Shown here: in pieces, positions 28,408 through 36,832 of the stretch | Layout: each line of letters begins with the position of its first letter | Position numbering within the stretch: position 1 is the first letter of the stretch | NCBI GenBank assembly: GCA_963555825.3 | Contig: CAUVXB020000002.1 | Location: 2,752,001 to 2,816,000 of the forward strand | Length of the DNA stretch: 64,000 nucleotides | Direction of reading: 5' to 3' | Source: Alphaproteobacteria bacterium | Lineage (GTDB): Bacteria; Pseudomonadota; Alphaproteobacteria; JAAXGF01 | The notes under the pieces: model-generated | Told to the model about the DNA's origin: nothing | Database searches by the model: none | Seen by the model: only the letters and a program-made list of their open reading frames with translations | Made by a program: the position numbers and the translations under genes

Positions 28408-29649
28408 CTACTGACCGACGTAGATCGCGGGACCGGTCTTATAGGCATCCGGCCAGACGATGGTCGCCTCGAGGGAGCTTTGTCCCTCTGTCTGATACTG
28501 GATCATGGTCATGGCGGGATCGGGCCACTGGTGCCACCACTCGTCGCCCTTGCCGTCCGCGCCCGGGTCCTTCTTGGTCCCGTATGGGAAGTAGATGCGG
28601 CCCAGGGTGCCTTCGTGGCTGATGCCCTCAAGCGCATCGACAATGGCGGGACCGTCGGTGGAGCCCGCCTCGTTCATGGCCTGGGCGAGTATGGCGATCG
28701 AGTCATAGGCTTCCATCGAATAGCTCTCGATGACGCCCCGGTTGGTCATTTTTTTATATTTTTCGTTCAGGGCCAGCGCCTTCTCGCTCCACAAATTCGC
28801 CGGCGTGCCAATACGCTGCACAAAAGCGTAGTTGCCGTCGGGGACGTTCTCCCAATAGGCCTTGCTCTCGAGCGACACCTGACCGGCCTGGAACGGAATG
28901 TCCTGAGGCCCCATGCCGGCGTCGGCCGCCTGCTGGGTGAAGTTGTAGCCCGCTTCGCCGGTCGCCAACACGATGATGTAGTCGGGCTTTTCGGCCTTCA
29001 TGCGCTCGACGATGCCGGCGTAGTCCTGGGTGCCGATATCGACGCTGAAGGTCACCGCCTCGATGCCGCCGCTCATCAGACCCTTGGAAGTCTCCTGGGC
29101 GGCCGGAATGCCGTAGTCGGTATTCTCGGTGAGGATCGCCACCTTCTTGATATTGGGCACCAGAAGCGCCGCTCTCCACAAAGTAGCTGACGCCCACGAA
29201 CTCAAGGGCGCGATGCGGAAGATGTACTTCTGCTTGTCGCCGGTGATGGTGTCGTTCCAGGTCTCGGCGAAGACCACGGGGATCTTACGGTTGTTGGCAA
29301 CATCCTTAGAGGCGACGCCGACCGAGCTGTGATAACCACCGCCGACCGCGACCACGCCGTCCTGGGTGATCAGCTTCTCCATGATGGCCGAGGCCTTTTC
29401 AGGCAGGCCTTCGGTATCGGCGATGACCACCTTGAGGTCGCAACCGAGAATGCCGCCGGCGTCGTTGATATCTTCTTCGGCAATCAACATCGCCGCGCGC
29501 ATGCCCTCGCCGCCGCCGACGGCGCCCGGCGCCGACAGAGGCGCAAGCCCGCCGATCTTGATGGTGCAGGCCGCCAGGGCAGTTCCGCTCGACAGCGCCA
29601 GAGCCATCGCCGCGACAAGGCCGACAGCGCCAATTTTAATTGGTTTCAT
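28408..29649 (-). CDS. ABC substrate-binding protein (LivK/LivJ fold)
   Basis: Signal peptide; IKIGGLAPLS, GGYHSSV, FRIAP, EAYDS. Confidence 0.93.
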   Translation of the reverse strand: MKPIKIGAVGLVAAMALALSSGTALAACTIKIGGLAPLSAPGAVGGGEGMRAAMLIAEEDINDAGGILGCDLKVVIADTEGLPEKASAIMEKLITQDGVVAVGGGYHSSVGVASKDVANNRKIPVVFAETWNDTITGDKQKYIFRIAPLSSWASATLWRAALLVPNIKKVAILTENTDYGIPAAQETSKGLMSGGIEAVTFSVDIGTQDYAGIVERMKAEKPDYIIVLATGEAGYNFTQQAADAGMGPQDIPFQAGQVSLESKAYWENVPDGNYAFVQRIGTPANLWSEKALALNEKYKKMTNRGVIESYSMEAYDSIAILAQAMNEAGSTDGPAIVDALEGISHEGTLGRIYFPYGTKKDPGADGKGDEWWHQWPDPAMTMIQYQTEGQSSLEATIVWPDAYKTGPAIYVGQ

Positions 29650-29841
29650 GATATTTCTCCCTTAGGTTTTGAAAATTTAGATTCGTTGTATCGGCGTCTT
29701 TGACATTTGATTATTGAGCTTATGTTTAGACGCAGTACAGCTGGTAGGTTGACATGAGCGTAACCATAGATCAGACGATCATCAACCAAAAATAATGGTT
29801 AACCCCGCCGTGCAAGCCGATTGGATCGCTTTCACCAATAC

Positions 29842-30441
29842 TCAATCCATGTCGATCAGGCCCGCACCGGCGCCGTGCACGCGGGAGAAATCGGATTCGG
29901 GGGTAAGAATTTTGGCCGCCAGGATTTGCAGCCGACGCCAGGACTCCGGCTCGACATCGACACCCCGGTCGGGGGCGTTGTCCCAGGCATCGATGAAAAC
30001 CCGGGACGGGTTCGGCGGGTCGATGAATTCCGCAACCACTTCCACCGGCTCGCGGTATCCTTGCGCCGCCTCGACCTGACAAATACGTCCGCCGGCCATC
30101 GAATAAGCCGAGCCGTCCCAACTGACGCGGACCGGGCGCATCACCGACGAGAGATAGCCGGGGAGCAACCCCGGCGCCATCACGCAGGCCAGAGTGATCG
30201 AACGCTGCGTTCCCAGGAGAAGTCTGTCGCCGAGGGAAGGGCCGATGATCAGCGAGCTGGAGGGTGACTCCGCCAAGCCAGCCTGTTCCAGTAGATCGGT
30301 CAATAGGGGAATGGCGGCGAGACCGCTTCGGCTTAAGGTACGGACTGCTATGCCGGCCTCCTCCGCCAGGCCATAGGCCAATCCGCTACCCTGAACCGCC
30401 TTGCGCGTGGTCAGTTGGATTTCGTTCAGCGAGACGATCAT
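29842..30441 (-). CDS. DUF3726-family protein
   Basis: SLNEI..RKAVQGSG..YGLAEEAG; C-terminal SRVHGAGAG. Confidence 0.75.
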   Translation of the reverse strand: MIVSLNEIQLTTRKAVQGSGLAYGLAEEAGIAVRTLSRSGLAAIPLLTDLLEQAGLAESPSSSLIIGPSLGDRLLLGTQRSITLACVMAPGLLPGYLSSVMRPVRVSWDGSAYSMAGGRICQVEAAQGYREPVEVVAEFIDPPNPSRVFIDAWDNAPDRGVDVEPESWRRLQILAAKILTPESDFSRVHGAGAGLIDMD

Positions 30442-30448
30442 AATGGCA

Positions 30449-32104
30449 TCACCGGCATGACGGCATCACCGGAAACAGCCAGTCATCGGCGTCCGGCGCA
30501 TGGAGTTCATCGGCCAGCGGCGCGCCCTGGTACATGGTGATCCGCGTCCAGCGGTCGGAACGGGGATCGAACTTGGCCGCGCCGAAGAAGGATAGCTTGC
30601 AGCGCAAGAGGTCGAGGGGCAGGCAATCCGCGCCGATCAGGTTCGAGCGTATCTCCGCGTAAGGCAGACGCGCCGTGGTCTGCACCCGACGCAGTGTATA
30701 GCGGTAGTCCGGCCGCGCCATGAGGAAGTCGGCGACCGTGTCAGCGGCGGGCTCAGCGGCCAGCAAGTCGTCCAGGGCCTGCACGTCGCGGGCGATGGCG
30801 AAGGGCATTTCATGCTCGATAGCCGGCTCGTCATGACGGTCGCCGAGCCTGGGCTCGAGTTTTTCCTCGGAGACATACCAGATCCGCCGCACCTGCTCAG
30901 CGTCTGAAAAGTCAATGTCGAGCGCCCAGGCGTAGTGTTCGGCGATCGCCGCGCGTAAGTCGGCCAGGATCATGGCGGGGTCGATGGGTGCTGCCTCGTC
31001 GGCGGACATCCGGTCGGCCAACTCGTCGATCAGGTCGCCATGAGGCTCGAGCATCAGACTGACCAGCAACTCCTGGCCTTCGAGGGACAGCGCGCCCTCG
31101 GCCCAGCCATAGAGCGCATTCCAGGGCCGCGGCCCGGCAAGGCTTCGCGCGCGCAAGGCGGATATGTCTTCACGCAAGGAGAAGATGCGCGCCATCTGGC
31201 GTTGATCGGCGACATTCCATTCGGCGACATGCTGTTGCGCCCTCTGGAGAAGTTCGGCGAAGCGCGCGACGACGCCGGGCGCAGCGGACTCGACCGAGCG
31301 GACGCGGGCAAGCGCGGTCTCGCGGGCCAGGAACCAATTGTTGATCAGCATCGGATGGCTCATCAGGAAGGGCGCCATGCCCAGGCCCGTGGCGTTGCCG
31401 ATGCCGATGAAGCGCTTCATGGCCGGCGCCAGAGGGACGAAGCGCGCCGGGTCGCGGCGGCGGGCGACATGCTCGACAAGATCGAGGGTGAAGCAGCGGG
31501 TCAGATAGACCGACAACATCTCCACGGCGAAGGGGCCCTGAAGCTCCGGGCGATGAAGATATTTGTCGCGGTCGGCCATGCCGAACTTGCCGTTGCCGTA
31601 GACCGCCGTGGTGCGCATGAGATAGCCGACCTCATTGACCATCTCCATGTCCGGCTGCGCGCCGCCGGACAAGCGCTGAACGATATGCTCGAACAGGCGC
31701 AGGCTCTTGTTGGCCCGCAACAGAGTGAGCTCGGACACCGAGCACCGCCCGGCCTCCTGTTTCGGCACATTGTCCGCGAGACGGCGGATGTCGTCGTCAC
31801 TCGGGCTGCCGTCGAACAGCGCGAAGGTCGCATCCCATTGCTCGGCAATCACCCGGTCGGTGCGCCGCGCCGCATCCAGGGCCTGGGAGAAGACGACCAG
31901 GCTATAGACCCGCTTGCCCGTATCGGCCGCATAGACCGCGACCCCGTAGCCGTCATCGTCGAGGTCGAAACGCGCGGCTTTGATCATCCACCGGTTGGCG
32001 TTCATACGGCGGATCAATGACCGCATGAAACTCAACCGCGTCGGGAAGAACGAACCCATGCGTTCCAGCCGCATCACGTCGTCGGCCGGGCGCAAGGCGA
32101 TCAC
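30449..32104 (-). CDS. Hypothetical protein (551 aa)
   Basis: GTGA overlap with dipeptidase; motifs RTDRVIA, RANKS, RTTAVYGNGKFG, GIGNATGLGMAPFL. Confidence 0.85.
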   Translation of the reverse strand: MIALRPADDVMRLERMGSFFPTRLSFMRSLIRRMNANRWMIKAARFDLDDDGYGVAVYAADTGKRVYSLVVFSQALDAARRTDRVIAEQWDATFALFDGSPSDDDIRRLADNVPKQEAGRCSVSELTLLRANKSLRLFEHIVQRLSGGAQPDMEMVNEVGYLMRTTAVYGNGKFGMADRDKYLHRPELQGPFAVEMLSVYLTRCFTLDLVEHVARRRDPARFVPLAPAMKRFIGIGNATGLGMAPFLMSHPMLINNWFLARETALARVRSVESAAPGVVARFAELLQRAQQHVAEWNVADQRQMARIFSLREDISALRARSLAGPRPWNALYGWAEGALSLEGQELLVSLMLEPHGDLIDELADRMSADEAAPIDPAMILADLRAAIAEHYAWALDIDFSDAEQVRRIWYVSEEKLEPRLGDRHDEPAIEHEMPFAIARDVQALDDLLAAEPAADTVADFLMARPDYRYTLRRVQTTARLPYAEIRSNLIGADCLPLDLLRCKLSFFGAAKFDPRSDRWTRITMYQGAPLADELHAPDADDWLFPVMPSCR

Positions 32105-33087
32105 GGTCCGAAGGAACTCGCGATGAATTTCAGCCAGTTTTCGCCCATGATCAAGGCGACCTCATCATTCGAGAAGCCGGCCGCCGCCAGCCCCGCCGCT
32201 ATGGTCGGGAAATCACGGTTATCGCGGAACCACTCGGGTTGCGGCGGAAAGCCCGCTTGGCCGGCGCTGCCTTCGCCAAAATCCCGCTCCCGGGTCCAGC
32301 GCCCGTTGCGCATCCATTCGACGATGCTGTCGGGCTGATCCTGGCACAGGTCCGAGCCGAGGCCCATATGGCCGACGCCGATCAAGTCGGCAAGCCGCGC
32401 GGCCATCTCGCAGAAGCCGGACAATGTGCAATCACTTCCGTCTTTCAGATGATGGGGGTAGAGCGAGAGGCCGATCATGCCGCCCGATTGGGCAAGCGCC
32501 CGCAGCACGTCGTCCGACTTGTTACGCAAGGCCGGATGCCAGAAATCCGGGTTGGCGTGGGTGATGGCGATGGGACGCTTGGAGATATCGATCGCCTCAA
32601 GGGTCGAACGCTCGGCGGAATGAGACATATCGACGACCAGGCCGACCCTGTTCATTTCGCGAATTACCTGACGGCCCATGCGGGTGATGCCGGGGTCTTG
32701 CGCTTCGTAACAGCCGGTCGCCAGCAGGCTCTGGTTGTTGTAGCTGAGCTGCATGAAGCGCGCGCCAAGGCCGTGGCAGATTTCCACCAGGCCGATGTCG
32801 TCCTCGATGGGCGAGCAGTTCTGAAACCCGAAGATGATCGCCGTGCGCCCTTCGGCTGCCGCGCGGACCACGTCATCCGCGCAACGCCCCGGAGTGATGA
32901 GATCGCCGTGGCGCTCGAACCGGCGATTCCACTCTTCGATATTGGCTACGGTTTCGCGAAAATTCTCGTGATAGCAGATCGTCACATGGACCGCGGATAC
33001 GCCGCCTTCGGCCATTTCCCGGAAAATCTTCTCCGACCAGTTGGCGTATTGGAGGCCGTCGATGATCAGCGGGCGTTCCTCTACCAT
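32101..33087 (-). CDS. Membrane (renal) dipeptidase-family amidohydrolase
   Basis: IIDG, QLSYN, VDMSH, THAN..RNKSD, GSD, MGENW. Confidence 0.9.
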   Translation of the reverse strand: MVEERPLIIDGLQYANWSEKIFREMAEGGVSAVHVTICYHENFRETVANIEEWNRRFERHGDLITPGRCADDVVRAAAEGRTAIIFGFQNCSPIEDDIGLVEICHGLGARFMQLSYNNQSLLATGCYEAQDPGITRMGRQVIREMNRVGLVVDMSHSAERSTLEAIDISKRPIAITHANPDFWHPALRNKSDDVLRALAQSGGMIGLSLYPHHLKDGSDCTLSGFCEMAARLADLIGVGHMGLGSDLCQDQPDSIVEWMRNGRWTRERDFGEGSAGQAGFPPQPEWFRDNRDFPTIAAGLAAAGFSNDEVALIMGENWLKFIASSFGP

Positions 33088-33095
33088 GGCTCGGG

Positions 33096-35111
33096 TCAGG
33101 CGCGAACCCGCGTCTTGTCCGGGTCGTAGAAGGGGATGCGCACCACCGTGGCCGGGATGCGCTTCTGGTGGCCGTCGAGCTTGCCGACCTCAACTCTTTC
33201 GCCGATGTCCGCATGTTCAACGGCCATGCGGCAGAGCGCGATATTCTTCTTCAACAGGGGCGAGCGCATGCCGCTGGTCACCACCCCGACCTGGCTCCGC
33301 CCGACATGAACGCAATCGCCGTTGACCGCCGGCTCATTGCCTTCGAGTTCGAGGCCGACGAGCACCCGGCTGGGATGTTCCTTGCCCCGGATGAGCGCTT
33401 CCTTGCCGATGAAATCTTCGTCGGCCTTTGCCTTCAGCGGCACGGTGAAACCGATGCCCGCCTCGAAGGGGTCGGTCTGGTCGTCGAACTCATAGCCGGC
33501 GAAGATCAAGCCGGCCTCGATGCGCAGCATATCGAGGGCGTCGAGACCCAGGGGCGCCATGTCATGGGGCCGGCCGGCTTCCCAGACAGCGTCCCAGACG
33601 GCCCGTCCTTGGCTCGGATGGCACCACACCTCATAGCCCAACTCGCCGGTATAACCGGTGCGTGACACCAGGATCGGAATGCCGTCGAAATCGCCGATGC
33701 GGCCGATGGTGAAGCGAAACCAGCCGAGTTCCGAGACCGTGGGCTGGGTCGGCGGCGTCCACACCACCTGGCGCAGGATATCGCGGCACAATGGCCCCTG
33801 GACGGCGATGTTGTGGAGCTGCTCGGTCGAGCTTTTTATCCAGACGCGCAGGCCCATTTCCTCGGCCTGCTTGCGCAGCCAGATGCCGCTGTAATCGTCG
33901 CCACCGATCCAGCGGAAATTGTCCGCACCGAGGCGGAACACCGTGCCGTCGTCGAGCATGCCGCCGGTCTCGTTGCACATGGCGGAATAGGCTATCTGGC
34001 CGTCGGTGAGGCGGCGGACGTTGCGGGTCAGCGTGCGCTGCAACAACACCTCGGCGTCGGGACCGAGCACCTCGAACTTGCGCAGAGGCGACAAATCGGT
34101 GACCACAGCACGCTCGCGGCAGGCGTGATATTCGGCGACGGCGCCGTATTCGGTGAAGCTGGTCGGCAGCCAGAAGCCGCGATACTCGGTAAAGTCGCGG
34201 GTGAGCGCCGATGTCCGCGCATGGAACGCGGTCTCACGGGTGAGTTGGGGTTCTGCGTCTGGGGTCATTCTGTAAGCCACTGCTTTCGAGAAGACGTTTT
34301 TCGCGGGGTACACCCGCAGGTGAATATCGGTCGGGTTCCAACCATTGGCCGCGTCGATGTCGCAGGGACAGGCCGACGAGACGCAGACCAGATCGGTGAG
34401 CGCCCGCATGAGGATGTAATCGCCGGGCCGCGACCAGGGCTCGTCGAAAGACAGCACGTTGGTCGCCCCATCAACGGCGGTATTATAGAAGAAATTGGCC
34501 GCTACCCAGCCCTTTCGCGCGGCGATGTCATAGGACGCCAGCACGGTATTGAAATTATCCGAGCAGTTGACGTGGCCGGGATAGCCCCTGTCGTCGTAGT
34601 ATTTGGCGGTGCAGGCCAGCCCGAAGGTGTCGTGGCGGCCAACCGTGTCGCGGATGACCTCGACCAGGGGCCGCTCATCCACATCGAAATACTTCGAATA
34701 GAGGCCGGGTCCGGGATAGAGTCGTGGTCGGGTCGATGTCGCGTATCACGCCGCGGTCGAGGTCGCGCCGATGAAAAGCCTGGAAGTCCGAACATTCCCG
34801 GCCCTCCACGTCGATAACCTGAATAAACTCACCGGCCTTGACCTCATAGGCCTGGGGGGTGGCCTTGGAAATCCTGAAGTCGAGGCGGGCGTCCGCCAGG
34901 GGCGGCGGCAGGGGAAATTCGATTTGCGGATCGATGCGGGCGCGCGTCACCGTGACGGCAATCTCCGTCGGCGGATCCTGGGCGTCCACGGCCATCGGCC
35001 CGCCGGGGGCGGCGACGATGCAGATCGCGTCGCGGTGGGCGGTGAGAGTTACGGCTTCGCCGGCCAGGGAACCATCGCCGAAGAAGACGGCGACCTTCAA
35101 GTCTTGCCGAT
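33096..35111 (-). pseudogene. tdm: DUF1989-GcvT fusion, TMAO demethylase-like; frameshift near 34719 and 5' truncation
   Basis: ECSDFQAF, HDTFGLAC..GHVNCSDN..SSACP, DLSPLRKFE, SRTGYTGE, RIEAG, PFYDP. Confidence 0.75.
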
Positions 35112-35287
35112 TGTCAATGGCGGAGCAAAAAGGGACCACCTCGGCGGTGTAAGAAGGGACCGCTTGGCGGCTGCGGGCTTGTCCCCGTAGTCCACGGGAG
35201 GGCCCCGCGCGCGACGCGGCGTGCCCTCAACAGGCTGACGCGGCGGCGCGCGCGGGAGGGACCTGTGGGCCCACGGGGTCAAGCGTG
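35112..35287. mobile_element. IS21-type terminus remnant
   Basis: TGTCAATGGCGGAGCAAAAGGGACCA with a repeated GGCGG..GGGACC box. Confidence 0.65.
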
Positions 35288-36662
35288 GAGCTATAACCGA
35301 ATCTTGTGTACGGCGTTGAAATGAAGGCGGCGTATCCTGGTGATTGTTGATGTCACCACTTGAGCTAAGCCAAGGAAGGATACGCCATGAAAGAGAATAC
35401 CGTTGTTGCTTTTCAAAACCCATCTGATTTTCAGAAAGATCCGTTGACGGAAGTCCTACAAGCTGGAGCTCGCGAGTTGTTGGCCCAAGCCGTTGAGGCC
35501 GAGGTCTCCGTGTTTTTGGGTAGCCATGCGGCGCTTGTTGACGCCGCCGGCCGCCGCCGGGTTGTCCGCAATGGATATCTGCCGGAACGCTTCATCCAGA
35601 CCGGGATCGGCCCGGTGAGCGTGCGCCAACCCCGTGTGCGGGACCGGGGGGACGGCGCCATCCGCTTCACGTCGGCGATCCTGCCGCGCTATCTGCGCCG
35701 CGCCAAGAGCCTGGAAGACCTTTTGCCATGGCTGTATCTGAAGGGCATTTCCACCGGCGACTTCGGGGAAGCCTTGGCGGCGCTCCTGGGGAGCTCCGCG
35801 CCGGGGCTTTCGGCCTCCACGATCACCCGGCTGAAAGAGGTCTGGGGGGTTGAGGCGGAGCGCTGGCAACGGCGCGACCTCACGGCCAAGCGCTACGTCT
35901 ATTTCTGGGTGGACGGCATCTATTTCAGCGCCCGCATGGAGGAAGAGAAGCAGTGCATCCTGGTGATCGTCGGGGCCACGGACAAGGGACAGAAGGAACT
36001 GATCGCCATCGCCGACGGCTATCGCGAAAGTGAGCAGTCCTGGCTCGAAGTTCTGCTCGATCTCAAGCGGCGCGGCCTTGAAATGGGTCCGCAACTGGCG
36101 CTCGGCGACGGCGCGCTCGGCTTCTGGAAGGCGCTCCGCCAAGTCTACCCAGGCGCCCGCGAGCAACGCTGCTGGGTTCACAAGACGGGCAACGTCTTGA
36201 ACAAGCTGCCCAAGGGTCTGCAAAAGAAAGCCAAGGGGCGCCTGCAAGACATCTGGATGGCCGAAACCAGGAAGGATGCCGAGAGCGCCTTCGACTTCTT
36301 CCTGGAAGCCTACGGGCCGAAGTACGACAAGGCCGCGGCCTGCCTGGCCAAGGACCGCGACGTCCTGCTGACGTTCTACGACTTCCCCGCCGAGCACTGG
36401 AAGCATGTACGCACGACCAACCCCATCGAGAGCACGTTCGCCACGGTTCGTCTGCGCACCTACCGGACCAAGGGCTGCCTGTCGCGCAAGACGGCGATGG
36501 CCATGGTCTTCAAACTATGCCAGTGCGCTCAGAGAAAATGGAGAAAACTCGATGGATCGAACCATCTCGCCGAGATCATTCGCGGCGTCAAATTCGTAGA
36601 TGGAGAACGCCAGGATCGCGCCGCCGCATGATCAGCCCATACACAACTTTTGACAATAGCTC
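35288..36662 (+). mobile_element. IS256-family element
   Basis: IRs GAGCTAT..TTGTGTA at both ends; no TSD. Confidence 0.9.
35387..36631 (+). CDS. IS256-family transposase
   Basis: YFWVDG, GDGALGFW, QRCWVHK, RTTNPIES. Confidence 0.95.
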   Translation: MKENTVVAFQNPSDFQKDPLTEVLQAGARELLAQAVEAEVSVFLGSHAALVDAAGRRRVVRNGYLPERFIQTGIGPVSVRQPRVRDRGDGAIRFTSAILPRYLRRAKSLEDLLPWLYLKGISTGDFGEALAALLGSSAPGLSASTITRLKEVWGVEAERWQRRDLTAKRYVYFWVDGIYFSARMEEEKQCILVIVGATDKGQKELIAIADGYRESEQSWLEVLLDLKRRGLEMGPQLALGDGALGFWKALRQVYPGAREQRCWVHKTGNVLNKLPKGLQKKAKGRLQDIWMAETRKDAESAFDFFLEAYGPKYDKAAACLAKDRDVLLTFYDFPAEHWKHVRTTNPIESTFATVRLRTYRTKGCLSRKTAMAMVFKLCQCAQRKWRKLDGSNHLAEIIRGVKFVDGERQDRAAA

Positions 36663-36805
36663 CTGCCCATCCTCCGAAATGCTCTCCAGGAACACTTGAG
36701 AAAGGCTCAGGCCGACAGTGCCATTGAAACCATCATGAAGGCAGCATAGCATCATCAACCAGCGACGCCTGCCCCACGAATTTCAACAGAGATAGGGACA
36801 TCGCC
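36663..36805 (+). repeat. 143-bp right-end fragment of IS256, inverted copy of 22023-22165
   Basis: Direct comparison, identical by eye. Confidence 0.9.
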
Positions 36806-36832
36806 TCGGGCAGGGGCCGCTACCGTCGGCGT

